Assembly (NCBI GenBank): GCA_964631145.1
Contig: CAZVXT010000001.1
Location: 319,361-383,360 of the forward strand
DNA from: an uncultured Candidatus Saccharibacteria bacterium
Lineage (GTDB): Bacteria; Patescibacteriota; Doudnabacteria; UBA920
Length of the DNA: 64,000 bases
Reading direction: 5' to 3'
In this document: in pieces, positions 19,816 to 29,536 of the stretch
How positions within the stretch are numbered: position 1 is the first letter of the stretch
How the letters are laid out: each line of letters starts with the position of its first letter
The notes under the pieces: generated by a model
What the model saw: only the letters and a program-made list of their open reading frames with translations
Told to the model about the DNA's origin: nothing
The model's database searches: none
Made by a program: the position numbers and the translations under genes

Positions 19816-22264
19816 TCCTAAAACTATAGAAAAAAAGTGGCAAGAGATATGGGATGCACAAAATACTTTTTCTGCTACAGAAAATAGTGCGAAGCCAAAA
19901 AAATATGTCTTGATGGAATTTCCCTTTCCGTCTGGAGATGGTCTTCATATGGGGCATGTTCGTGGTTATACTGCAGCAGATGTTTTGGCTAGGTATTATC
20001 GCATGACCGGTAATGAAGTTTTGTATCCAATTGGTTGGGATGCTTTTGGTTTGCCTGCAGAAAATTATGCAATTAAGCATGGTGTACAACCAGCTGTCTC
20101 TACTGCAAAAAATATTGCCAATATTAAAAAGCAATTTAAATCTTTGGGTTATAGTTTTGATTGGTCTCGCGAAATTAATACCACGGACCCTAATTATTAT
20201 AAATGGACTCAGTGGTTGTTTTTAAAGTTTTTCCAAGCCGGATTGGCGTATGAGGCAACTGGTCTTATTAATTGGTGTCCTAAAGATAAAACTGGGCTAG
20301 CAAACGAAGAGGTTGTTGGTGGTAATTGTGAGCGTTGTGGTACTGCCGTAGAAAAAAAAGAATTAAGACAATGGTACCTTAAAATTACCGAATATGCTGA
20401 AAAACTATTACAAGGGTTGGATAATTTACCAGACTGGCCAGAAGGTGTAAAGCTTCAACAAGCAAATTGGATTGGTAAAAGTGAAGGAGCAGAAATTGAT
20501 TTTCAAATTTCAAACGATCAATATTTAATTAAAGTTTTTACAACTCGTCCAGATACTATTTTTGGTACGACTTATTTAGTTTTGGCGCCAGAACATGAAT
20601 TAATTGCTACGCTTAAAGAGAAGATAGAAAATTTTGCAGATGTAGAAAAATATATAGAAGAAGCAAAATTAAAACAAGAACAAGATAGAGTTGCTGAAGG
20701 TAAGGATAAAACAGGTGTCGAGTTACGAGGTGTAAAAGTGATTAATCCAGCAACTGGCGGCGAAATCCCTGTATGGGTAGCTGATTATGTTTTGGGTGGT
20801 TATGGAACCGGTGCAATAATGGCAGTACCTGCTCATGATGAGCGGGATTTTGAGTTTGCTAAAAAGTTTGGAATAGAAGTGGTATGTGTGGTCGAACCGG
20901 ATTTTATTGGTCCATTGGCTGGGCATTCTGCAAATTTCAATCCTACTGAAGAATTAGCAAAGCTTGAGCTAGAATATAAAAATTTAGAAAAGCCTTACTC
21001 AGGACATGGTCACCTCATAAATTCCGGTGAGTTTTCTGGTATTAACTCGGAAGAAGCCAAATCTAAAATGGCTGAAAAATTTGGTACTCCAAAAATCCAA
21101 TATAAACTACGCGATTGGGTGTTTAGTAGGCAGCGATATTGGGGCGAACCTATTCCTCTTGTTCATTGCAATACTTGCGGTATTGTTGCTGTTCCTGAAA
21201 AAGATTTGCCGGTGCTATTGCCTGAAGTTAACAACTATGAACCAACTGGAACAGGGGAAAGTCCTCTTGCTGTAATTGAAGAATGGGTAAATACTATATG
21301 TCCGCAGTGCGGCAGGGAAGCAAAACGAGAGACAAATACCATGCCACAATGGGCAGGCAGTAGTTGGTATTATTTGCGTTATACTGATGCCTTAAATAAC
21401 GAAGCGTTTGCAGATGAGGATAAACTGAAATATTGGCTACCAGTAGATTTATATTTTGGTGGTATGGAGCATACTACTCTTCATTTACTTTATTCTCGTT
21501 TCTGGAATATATTTTTACATGATCAAGGGTTGGTTCCTGTAAGTGAGCCTTATACAAAGCGTGTGCCTCATGGCATTATTTTAGCAAGTGATGGCAGTAA
21601 GATGAGTAAGAGTAAGGGCAATGTTGTTAACCCAGACGAACTTGTTCAAAAATATGGTGCTGATACCATGCGTATGTATGAATTATTTTTAGGACCTCAT
21701 AGTGATAGTGTTGCTTGGAGCGATCAAGGTATAGTCGGTGTGGCGAGATTTTTGGATAAAGTTTGGCATTGGTTTAATAATGCAAAAACAGTAGAAACAG
21801 ATAATGAAGAAGTTTTACATAAGCTGCATCAGTTAATTGCAAAAGTTAATGAAGATATTCAGACTTTTAGCTTTAATACAGTGGTTTCTAGCTTAATGAA
21901 GTTTGTAAACGAAGTAAAAGATTTAGAAGTCTCTAATAATACTTTGCAGGCTTTTACTAAATTGCTTTCTCCTTTAGCTCCGCATATTGCCGAAGAGTTG
22001 TATGAATTAACCGGAGGTATAGGTGGTATAACTTACACAGCTTTTCCTCAAGCCGAAGAAAAATATTTACAAATTGCTACTGTAAAAATCGTTATTCAGG
22101 TAAATGGTAAAGTTAAAGATACTTTAGAAGTTCCTAGTGATAGTGATGAAGATCAGATTAAGCAACAGGTTATGCAGTTGGAAAAAATCCAATCAATTTT
22201 GTCCGGACAAGAACCAAAGCGAATTATTTTTGTTCCAGGCAAATTGATTAATATAGTAATATAG
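19802..22264 (+). CDS. leuS: leucyl-tRNA synthetase
   Basis: HMGHVRGYT (HIGH) and KMSKSKGN. Full length is 820 aa. Confidence 0.95.
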   Translation: MKKYNPKTIEKKWQEIWDAQNTFSATENSAKPKKYVLMEFPFPSGDGLHMGHVRGYTAADVLARYYRMTGNEVLYPIGWDAFGLPAENYAIKHGVQPAVSTAKNIANIKKQFKSLGYSFDWSREINTTDPNYYKWTQWLFLKFFQAGLAYEATGLINWCPKDKTGLANEEVVGGNCERCGTAVEKKELRQWYLKITEYAEKLLQGLDNLPDWPEGVKLQQANWIGKSEGAEIDFQISNDQYLIKVFTTRPDTIFGTTYLVLAPEHELIATLKEKIENFADVEKYIEEAKLKQEQDRVAEGKDKTGVELRGVKVINPATGGEIPVWVADYVLGGYGTGAIMAVPAHDERDFEFAKKFGIEVVCVVEPDFIGPLAGHSANFNPTEELAKLELEYKNLEKPYSGHGHLINSGEFSGINSEEAKSKMAEKFGTPKIQYKLRDWVFSRQRYWGEPIPLVHCNTCGIVAVPEKDLPVLLPEVNNYEPTGTGESPLAVIEEWVNTICPQCGREAKRETNTMPQWAGSSWYYLRYTDALNNEAFADEDKLKYWLPVDLYFGGMEHTTLHLLYSRFWNIFLHDQGLVPVSEPYTKRVPHGIILASDGSKMSKSKGNVVNPDELVQKYGADTMRMYELFLGPHSDSVAWSDQGIVGVARFLDKVWHWFNNAKTVETDNEEVLHKLHQLIAKVNEDIQTFSFNTVVSSLMKFVNEVKDLEVSNNTLQAFTKLLSPLAPHIAEELYELTGGIGGITYTAFPQAEEKYLQIATVKIVIQVNGKVKDTLEVPSDSDEDQIKQQVMQLEKIQSILSGQEPKRIIFVPGKLINIVI

Positions 22265-22287
22265 AAAATTTTATATAGCTTCCAATA

Positions 22288-22518
22288 AGCCACTTATAAA
22301 TAATTAACACTCATTTTATTTGTTATGGTTTCTTAATTTTGCTAATCGCAAAATGCAAAGCTGTGCACATAGGATTTGTTTACAATTATTTATAAGCGGC
22401 TTTTGTAATTACGTTAAAAACTAACTGAGATGATAGGGGTTTTCTATTAGTCCTCGCTCCATAAAATAAATTCATAACATAGCGCTGTGGAATTTGTTCA
22501 AAACCTTTATCATCTCAG
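22288..22518. repeat. two consecutive long inverted repeats (19 bp and 17 bp) forming a structured non-coding region
   Basis: AAGCCACTTATAAATAATT at 22288-22306 pairs with AATTATTTATAAGCGGCTT at 22385-22403 (1 mismatch). CTGAGATGATAGGGGTT at 22428-22444 pairs with AACCTTTATCATCTCAG at 22502-22518 (2 G.U-compatible mismatches). Confidence 0.6.
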
Positions 22519-22619
22519 TCTGTAATGAGAAATAAAATTATAAATAAAGCTTAATACGTTTTAAGATAATTAACGTGATATAATAAAAAAGTAAAGTTGA
22601 TTTTTTGAAACAAAAATAA

Positions 22620-23768
22620 ATGCTATTTAATTTTCATTTGCCTCATTATTTTGCTGCTAAAGTTAGAAGCGAGATCGAACATTTATATGCTTCTATGGCA
22701 ATCGGTAATTTGGCGCAGGCTATAATAACAATATTTGAACCAATTTTTTTGTTTACAGTTTTAGATTTTTCTGTTGCTCAGGTATTATTATTTTTTGGCG
22801 TAGTTTATGCCGTCTATGCGATATTAATACCCTTTGGCGGGAAAATCGCTAGTCGATATGGATATGCGCATTCTATATTTTTTAGCATTCCATTTCAAAT
22901 TTTATTTTGGATATTGCTGTTGGGTTCCGAACATAATTTTTGCCTGATATATTTTGCTCCTATAGCCTTTGCGATTCAAAAAAGTTTGTTTTGGCCGGCA
23001 TTTCATGCAAGCCTGGCAAGATTTGCCAATGGGCAGCAGCGCGGTAGAGAATTTAGTTTGATGTACGCGATCATGAATGTAATGCAAATACTTGGACCAT
23101 TAATTGGTGGTTTTTTGTCAGTGATGCTTGGAATAGGGTCTTTGCTAATTGTTGCGGCGATAATATATTTATGCAGCGCAATTCCATTGTTGTGGACTAA
23201 AGAACAGTTTGTACCAAAGCCATACAAGTTTATTGATACGTGGAATTTATATAAACAATATCCATATAAATTTTTAGGATACTTTGGTTTTGCCGAAGAA
23301 TTTTTAGTGCTTAGTATTTGGCCGATATTTATTTACATGATAGTTAGAAATTACCAAGATGCCGGAGCTTTGGTCACCGTTGCAACAATGGTGGCAACAG
23401 CTCTTGCTTTATATATAGGAATTTATACTGATGGTCATAGCAAGCAAACTGTTTTAAGAATTGGCGGATTCTTCTATATATTAGCTTGGCTTGCACGCAT
23501 CCCTGTTGTCTCGGGTTTTGGTGTTTTGATAACTGATGCGATATCTAGAACTTCAAAAAGTTTAGTATTTATTCCAATGTCAACGTTAACATATGAGCGT
23601 GCAGAAAGCACTCATATTATGCCTTATGTTATTGGATTTGAGCAGATGCTATCTTTGGGAAAGTTTTTGGCGGCAGTGATTGGAATAATAGTATTTGCAT
23701 TAACTGGAAGCTTTGTTGCTTTGTTTGTACTAGGTGCAATCTTTAGTTTGTTTTATTTTTTAATATAA
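22620..23768 (+). CDS. polytopic membrane protein, possibly an MFS-like transporter
   Basis: 382 aa with about 11 hydrophobic segments. Confidence 0.6.
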   Translation: MLFNFHLPHYFAAKVRSEIEHLYASMAIGNLAQAIITIFEPIFLFTVLDFSVAQVLLFFGVVYAVYAILIPFGGKIASRYGYAHSIFFSIPFQILFWILLLGSEHNFCLIYFAPIAFAIQKSLFWPAFHASLARFANGQQRGREFSLMYAIMNVMQILGPLIGGFLSVMLGIGSLLIVAAIIYLCSAIPLLWTKEQFVPKPYKFIDTWNLYKQYPYKFLGYFGFAEEFLVLSIWPIFIYMIVRNYQDAGALVTVATMVATALALYIGIYTDGHSKQTVLRIGGFFYILAWLARIPVVSGFGVLITDAISRTSKSLVFIPMSTLTYERAESTHIMPYVIGFEQMLSLGKFLAAVIGIIVFALTGSFVALFVLGAIFSLFYFLI

Positions 23769-23785
23769 ATTTATTTATAAAAAAA

Positions 23786-23811
23786 GACGCAAGGTTATTC
23801 CTTGCGTTTTA
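23786..23811. terminator. bidirectional terminator
   Basis: Stem ACGCAAGG/CCTTGCGT flanked by an A-run and a T-run. Confidence 0.55.
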
Positions 23812-23826
23812 GATTTGCTAGCATTT

Positions 23827-24057
23827 TTATACTTCTATATTATATTCCGCTAGTTCTTCTACCAAATTTTGATAATCTGCCGGATTAGAAGAATTATCAA
23901 TTTTTAGTTCGTAATTCTGTCCATGCTTCCTTGCACTTATTACACTCGGATGATGATGCATGGCGATTGTAAATTTTGAAATTTGTGTTATGCAAATATT
24001 CGGAATTTCGATCAACGTGAATACTTTGGCTTTAACTTTTTTATTTTCTTCTGACAT
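23827..24057 (-). CDS. hypothetical small protein
   Basis: 76 aa. AGGAGG lies upstream (complement strand). Confidence 0.55.
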   Translation of the reverse strand: MSEENKKVKAKVFTLIEIPNICITQISKFTIAMHHHPSVISARKHGQNYELKIDNSSNPADYQNLVEELAEYNIEV

Positions 24058-24210
24058 AAATTTCCTCCTGGTTTTTTTTGAATTAACTAAAGATTATAAC
24101 TAGAAAATAGATTTTTGTCAATCTATATTGAAATAAAAAACGTAGATATTTCTACGTTTATTTTCCACAGTTCTATAAATGCATACACAAAATAATTTTT
24201 GTCATATACG

Positions 24211-24570
24211 TTAAATTTCTTTGTGCATAGCTTGCAGCTTTTGATTTATAATTTTTATGACTCTAGGTTCTAAATCATTTGAATCAACTGACCAACAATC
24301 TCCCGGATTTCCAAAAGTAATCTTGATGTAATATTTCTGCTTTTTATTATATATTATCGGAAATCCTATGGTATATACATTTGTATTTACCACTGCAAAA
24401 CAAATATCAATTGTGGAGTCATGGCTCAATTTTCCTAAGTAAAGTTCTAGGGTTTGTAATAAATGAGCTAGCTTTTTCTTGGCTTTAGCTTGATGGTCAA
24501 CCTCAAGCCCAGCAATTACGATATTTGCATTTACTTTAGAGTTTTTTATAGAAACTTGTTTTTCGTTCAT
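24211..24570 (-). CDS. hypothetical protein
   Basis: 119 aa. GGGAGG lies upstream. Confidence 0.55.
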   Translation of the reverse strand: MNEKQVSIKNSKVNANIVIAGLEVDHQAKAKKKLAHLLQTLELYLGKLSHDSTIDICFAVVNTNVYTIGFPIIYNKKQKYYIKITFGNPGDCWSVDSNDLEPRVIKIINQKLQAMHKEI

Positions 24571-24656
24571 TATATAAATCCTCCCAAATTTTTTGTTAAT
24601 TTTATCAAATTTATCGATTTTGTCAATCAGTGTATTACTCTGCTAAAATATACTTA

Positions 24657-25910
24657 ATGAACTATCAAATTTTATCTCAACTTGATCCAGATGTGTATAA
24701 TAGCATAGAAGCGGAAATTACACGTCAAAAAGAGGGTTTAGAATTAATCCCTTCAGAAAATTATGTATCTCAGGAAGTTTTAGAAGCTTTAGGGAGCGTT
24801 TTTACTAATAAATATAGCGAAGGATATCCGGGAAAGAGATATTATGGTGGACAGCAAAATACAGATGTTATAGAAAACTTAGCAATAGAAAGAGCTAAGA
24901 AGTTATTTAAAGCTGAGCATGTTAATGTACAGCCTTTGTCTGGAGCTCCTGCTAATAACGCTGTATATTCTGCATTGCTAGAGCCTGGAGATACTGTATT
25001 AGGTATGGATCTTTCCCATGGAGGACATTTGACTCATGGACATCCTGTAACTCAATCAGCAAAAATTTATAACTTTATTCGTTACAAAATGAAGGATGTA
25101 GAGACAGGGGAGTTGGACTATGAAGAAATTCGAGCCCTTGCTCATGAGCACAAACCAAAAATTATTTTAGCTGGATTTTCTTCTTATCCTAGGAGTATTG
25201 ACTATGCAAAGTTAAAAGAAATTGCTCATGAAGTTAATGCTGTTACCATGATGGACGCAGCACATATTGCCGGCTTAATCGCTGGTGGTGTTTTACCTAA
25301 TCCGTTTGATTATGATTTTGATATAGTCACCACTACAACTCATAAAACTTTGCGTGGTCCTCGAGGCGGCATGATAATGTGTAAGTCTAAATTTGCAAGT
25401 AGTATTGATAAGGCTGTGTTTCCTGGACTTCAAGGTGGTCCTCACATGAACAATATTGCCGCATTGGCAGTATCCCTTGGTGAAGCTTTAAAGCCAGAGT
25501 TTAAAGAGTATGCAAAAAATATTTTGGATAACTCTAAGGAGATTGCAAAGCAGCTGATGGATCGTAATGTGAAATTGGTTACTAATGGTACTGATAATCA
25601 TTTGATGCTTATAGATACAATTGCGACTTTTAACATTTCTGGCAAGCAAGCACAAGATTTATTGGATGAAGTTTTGATTACGGTAAATAAAAATGTTTTG
25701 CCAGATGATCCTCGAGGTCCGATGGATCCAAGTGGTATTAGATTAGGAACACCGGCAATAACAACTCGCGGAGCAAGTAAATCCGATATGGAAAAAGTTG
25801 CAAACTGGATTGTGCAAACATTGCAAAACCCAGATGATGTATCACTGCGCCAACAAATTAAACAAGAAGTAAAAGCGTTTGCTTTAACATTAAAGTTACC
25901 AGGAGTTTAA
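24657..25910 (+). CDS. glyA: serine hydroxymethyltransferase
   Basis: The PLP-lysine region TTTTHKTLRGPRGG and overall SHMT sequence support it. The ATG at 24657 (MNYQIL) is preferred over the track's GTG at 24630. Confidence 0.93.
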   Translation: MNYQILSQLDPDVYNSIEAEITRQKEGLELIPSENYVSQEVLEALGSVFTNKYSEGYPGKRYYGGQQNTDVIENLAIERAKKLFKAEHVNVQPLSGAPANNAVYSALLEPGDTVLGMDLSHGGHLTHGHPVTQSAKIYNFIRYKMKDVETGELDYEEIRALAHEHKPKIILAGFSSYPRSIDYAKLKEIAHEVNAVTMMDAAHIAGLIAGGVLPNPFDYDFDIVTTTTHKTLRGPRGGMIMCKSKFASSIDKAVFPGLQGGPHMNNIAALAVSLGEALKPEFKEYAKNILDNSKEIAKQLMDRNVKLVTNGTDNHLMLIDTIATFNISGKQAQDLLDEVLITVNKNVLPDDPRGPMDPSGIRLGTPAITTRGASKSDMEKVANWIVQTLQNPDDVSLRQQIKQEVKAFALTLKLPGV

Positions 25911-25913
25911 TAT

Positions 25914-26336
25914 ATGGAATTTAATAGAGAATTTTCAAAAATTTACACTCAAGAAACTACAAGGGTAGGTGAAATTTTATATGACGTTGATAAATTAAAA
26001 AATGAAGCAGAAAATATTCCCATTCAAGAAATTTCATTAAATACCTTATTAGGTGCTGTAAGCGAAGGTAATTATTATTGGATTGATCAAAACAATGAAA
26101 AATTAGGACCATTTCAGATATTAAAAGATTGGGATGCTGCACAACGTAAGGAAGAATGGTCGGATCATATTGCTAATATCAGGCAAGCAAATTTGGATAA
26201 TCCTATTTGGATTACTAAGCAAGGATTGGTTTTTGATGGGATGCATAGATTAACTAAAGCAGTATTAGAAGGTAAGGAAAATATCAAAGTTAAAGTTTGG
26301 GATAATCTCCCTGATATTGCAATTATAAAAGAATAA
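25914..26336 (+). CDS. small protein with a ParB-like nuclease (ParBc) motif
   Basis: VFDGMHRLTKAV resembles the DGxHR core of ParB N-terminal/sulfiredoxin-like domains. AGGAG lies 8 nt upstream. Confidence 0.45.
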   Translation: MEFNREFSKIYTQETTRVGEILYDVDKLKNEAENIPIQEISLNTLLGAVSEGNYYWIDQNNEKLGPFQILKDWDAAQRKEEWSDHIANIRQANLDNPIWITKQGLVFDGMHRLTKAVLEGKENIKVKVWDNLPDIAIIKE

Positions 26337-26341
26337 ATAAT

Positions 26342-27148
26342 ATGGAAATAATACAATCTGTTATATTAGGAGCAGTTCAGGGCCTTGGTGAATTTTTGCC
26401 AATTTCTTCTTCAGCCCACTTAATTTTAACTCCTTGGTTTTTTGGATGGAAAGATCAGGGATTGGCTTTTGATGTGGCGTTGCACTTTGGAACATTGGTA
26501 GCAGTGTTGGCTTATTTTAAAGGCGATATATGGCTACTAATTAAAGGTTTTTTGAATTCTTTAAATAAGTCTACTAGAGATATAAATAATAACGTGTATC
26601 AAAAGTTAAGTTGGCTGATTTTGATCGCTACGATTCCTGCAGCAATAATTGGTAAGTTATTAGAGCAGCAAGCAGAGAATGCTTTGCGAAGTCCATTGCT
26701 TATAGCTTTTACATTATCTGTGGTCGGTGTTGCTTTATGGTTGGCAGACAAGTATGGTGCTAAGAATAAAAATCTTACTCACATCTCGTGGTTAAATAGT
26801 TTAATTATTGGACTAAGTCAAGCAGCTGCTATAGTTCCTGGTGTTTCTCGTAGTGGTGCTACTATGATCGCGGGGTTATCTTTAGGTGTAAACCGACAAG
26901 ATGCAGCTAAATTTAGTTTTTTAATGTCGATACCTATTATACTTGGAGCTGTAGTTTTGAAGTTGCCAGAAATTTTGCATATTCAAAATCATTTTGAGGT
27001 GATAGCTGGGTTTGCATCCTCAGCTGTATTTGGTTTTTTGGCAATCAAGTATATGCTTAAATATATCTCAACAAGATCATTTGCTATTTTTACCATTTAC
27101 AGGCTGGCTTTAGCAGTGGTTGTATTATTAGTTTTGTGGTTAAGATAA
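26342..27148 (+). CDS. uppP: undecaprenyl-diphosphatase
   Basis: GLGEFLPISSSAHLIL and the BacA family pattern. Confidence 0.9.
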   Translation: MEIIQSVILGAVQGLGEFLPISSSAHLILTPWFFGWKDQGLAFDVALHFGTLVAVLAYFKGDIWLLIKGFLNSLNKSTRDINNNVYQKLSWLILIATIPAAIIGKLLEQQAENALRSPLLIAFTLSVVGVALWLADKYGAKNKNLTHISWLNSLIIGLSQAAAIVPGVSRSGATMIAGLSLGVNRQDAAKFSFLMSIPIILGAVVLKLPEILHIQNHFEVIAGFASSAVFGFLAIKYMLKYISTRSFAIFTIYRLALAVVVLLVLWLR

Positions 27149-27682
27149 ATGGTCACTAAAGAGCAATATTTATATTGGCAGAATTTATTAAGCACTAATT
27201 TATTTTTTAGATATTTTTGGCAATTTTGGAGTAATTATTCTTTTATAATTTTAGGTTTAGTTTTTGTCGAAATTTTAGTCAATTATAACTTGCAAAAATT
27301 TGAATTCGCCGTAGTTTGTAGTTTAGCTTCTTTTATAATAGCTAGGATCGTGTTGGTGAGCTTGATTAATTTGTTTTATCATAGAACCAGACCATATCAA
27401 AAATATAATTTTCAACCTATCACTTCAAAATTATTTTCATTTCAGACAAAAATTCATAATTCTTTTCCTTCCAGGCATGCAGCTGCGTTAAGCTCAGTGG
27501 CTATTGTTTTGATGATTTTATTTCCATATGTAGGATTGGGCTTTTTATTGCCAATGTTGGTTTTGACGGGATTTGGAAGAGTTATTTTGGGTTACCATTA
27601 TCCGACGGATATTTTAGCAGGTGTATTTATAGGTTTGTTATCAGCTGTTTTAAGTATTTACGTATTAAATATATTTTGGTAG
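27149..27682 (+). CDS. PAP2 family phosphatase
   Basis: PSRHAA and GYHYPTDILAG, the PAP2 C2/C3 motifs. Confidence 0.8.
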   Translation: MVTKEQYLYWQNLLSTNLFFRYFWQFWSNYSFIILGLVFVEILVNYNLQKFEFAVVCSLASFIIARIVLVSLINLFYHRTRPYQKYNFQPITSKLFSFQTKIHNSFPSRHAAALSSVAIVLMILFPYVGLGFLLPMLVLTGFGRVILGYHYPTDILAGVFIGLLSAVLSIYVLNIFW

Positions 27683-27792
27683 AATATCTAAGTTAGCTAT
27701 AGTTTGCTAGTAGAATAGCCAAAAAAGCTAATAGATATCGTTAGAAAAAATAAAATATCAAAGTTAACAATTTTTTAAATATTTATGTTTAT

Positions 27793-27825
27793 GGCCGAGT
27801 GGCGGAAAAGGTATGGCGCGCACTC
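27793..27825 (+). pseudogene. degenerate 5' half-copy of tRNA-Leu
   Basis: The 20-nt TTTATGGCCGAGTGGCGGAA is identical to the 5' flank, acceptor and D-stem of the downstream tRNA. Similarity continues to ...GCGCGCAC, then no anticodon arm, T-arm or 3' acceptor follows. Confidence 0.4.
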
Positions 27826-27872
27826 TTTAGTTATTCCATCGGTCAACAATATGTATTTAAATAGTTATTTAT

Positions 27873-27957
27873 GGCCGAGTGGCGGAACTGGCAGACGCGC
27901 ACGACTCAAAATCGTGTATCTTCGGGTGTGAGGGTTCGACTCCCTCCTCGGCCACCA
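27873..27957 (+). tRNA. tRNA-Leu(CAA), class II with long variable arm and encoded CCA
   Basis: Hand-folded. Acceptor is GGCCGAG/CTCGGCC. Anticodon stem CACGA/UCGUG carries loop CUCAAAA (anticodon CAA). T-arm is GAGGG-UUCGACU-CCCUC, with discriminator A and CCA. Confidence 0.9.
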
Positions 27958-27962
27958 TAATA

Positions 27963-27992
27963 AAGACAATATCGTAATATATTGTCTTTTAT
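27963..27992 (+). terminator. intrinsic terminator after the tRNA
   Basis: 10-bp stem AAGACAATAT/ATATTGTCTT followed by T-run. Confidence 0.6.
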
Positions 27993-28086
27993 TTGTATTT
28001 AAGCAAAATTAAATTATAAAATTGGTAAATTTGCTGAGAGCCCATTTTTTTGGTAAAATTTAGATAATTATTGTGAAATTTTTGTT

Positions 28087-29445
28087 ATGGATGGAGTTCA
28101 GTGGCCAAGTGGTCAATCATTACCTTCAAATTACAACCCGCCATATCGTCCTCCTCAAAATGATGATTTGGTAGATGAAAATCAAGAAATTAATACACAA
28201 AATCAGCCAGCTGATTCTTTTTTGGTAGAAGAAGATAATTTATCTTTGCCCCCAGAGCAGTTTGTGCCTCCAGTTTATGAAGATCCTATATTAGGACCAA
28301 GTAATATTTTGCCTAGTTGGCAAATGGAAGAAGATTCTTTGCCGGAAGAGAATATCTCAACATTTACAGATAGTGATAAGGATCAATATAATTCTGTACA
28401 AGAAGAATCTAAAAATATTTTACCAAGTAGTCTTTATAATAACTCTCAGTTTGTAAAAGAAGATTCTGTGCAAAAAAATCAGGCATCGTTTGCAGAAGAA
28501 AATGTTTCTGCTCCTGCTATTTTCGCAAGCCCATTTTCACAAAATCTTAGCGCTAATAAAGAAGAAAAACAAGATCAAGTTAATAATATCAACACTTCTG
28601 AGACAGAAACTGGTGATAAAATGCATTACGCTGGCAGCACGATTAAAGAAATCGAATTAGCAAAAGTTGTTGCTAACCCTTATCAACCAAGAAGGCAATT
28701 TAATCAGGAGGCATTAGAAGAATTGTCAGAATCGATCAAGGAGCATGGAGTAATTCAGCCTTTAGTAGTAACAGAAACTCCGAATGGATATGAATTAGTG
28801 GTAGGTGAAAGGCGTTTTCGTGCTTCTGTGTTAGCAGGACTAAAAAAGGTTCCTGCAATTATCAAGCATTCGATGGAGGATCAAACTAAGCTAGAAGTAG
28901 CTTTGATTGAAAATATTCAAAGACAAGAACTTAATCCTATTGAAGAGGCTTTGGCTTATAATAAGCTCTTAAAAGAATTTAGGATGAGTCAGGATCAGGT
29001 TGCTCAAAAAGTAGGAAGGTCACGTCCTTCTGTGGCAAATACAGTGAGATTATTAAATTTGCCAGCAGAAGTACAAAGAGCAATTATCGAAGGGCGAATT
29101 ACCGAAGGGCATGGAAGGGCAATTTTAGGTTTACCGGATTATGAAAGGCAAATGCAGTTATTTCAATTGGTCTTGGACCAAGGTTTAAATGTTCGTCAGG
29201 TTGAAAATAAAGTCCGGGAAATATTAAATCGCAAAAAAAATAGTGAAGAAAATATTCCAGATCCTAAGCTTGTCGCTATGGAATCTGATTTACGTGGTAA
29301 ATTAGGCACTCAAGTAAGAATTTATAAGCAAGGTAGAGGTGGTAAAATTACCATAGAATTTTTTAGCGATGAAGATTTGGATGATATTATTTCTAAGATT
29401 TCTCATGAAAATAAATTGTCTGGAGAAAATTATCTTACTGTCTAA
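28087..29445 (+). CDS. parB: ParB/Spo0J family partition protein with a 190-aa low-complexity N-terminal extension
   Basis: GERRFRAS, the HTH region QDQVAQKVGRSRPSVANTVRLL and LIENIQRQELNPIEEA. No parA is adjacent. Confidence 0.85.
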   Translation: MDGVQWPSGQSLPSNYNPPYRPPQNDDLVDENQEINTQNQPADSFLVEEDNLSLPPEQFVPPVYEDPILGPSNILPSWQMEEDSLPEENISTFTDSDKDQYNSVQEESKNILPSSLYNNSQFVKEDSVQKNQASFAEENVSAPAIFASPFSQNLSANKEEKQDQVNNINTSETETGDKMHYAGSTIKEIELAKVVANPYQPRRQFNQEALEELSESIKEHGVIQPLVVTETPNGYELVVGERRFRASVLAGLKKVPAIIKHSMEDQTKLEVALIENIQRQELNPIEEALAYNKLLKEFRMSQDQVAQKVGRSRPSVANTVRLLNLPAEVQRAIIEGRITEGHGRAILGLPDYERQMQLFQLVLDQGLNVRQVENKVREILNRKKNSEENIPDPKLVAMESDLRGKLGTQVRIYKQGRGGKITIEFFSDEDLDDIISKISHENKLSGENYLTV

Positions 29446-29451
29446 AAATAA

Positions 29452-29483
29452 AAATACTTTCTGTCCAAAGAAAGTATTTTTTT
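29452..29483 (+). terminator. intrinsic terminator
   Basis: Stem AAATACTTTCT/AGAAAGTATTT followed by T-run. Confidence 0.6.
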
Positions 29484-29536
29484 ATCAGCACTCAAAAAGA
29501 TTAATTGGTTTAATTTTGATATAATTAACTTAAATT

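Noticed and set aside
27793-27870. Treating the upstream tRNA-like sequence as a second functional tRNA, or an intron-containing one
   Set aside because: Only the acceptor 5' strand and D-arm are recognisable. No anticodon arm, T-loop or 3' acceptor strand can be folded.
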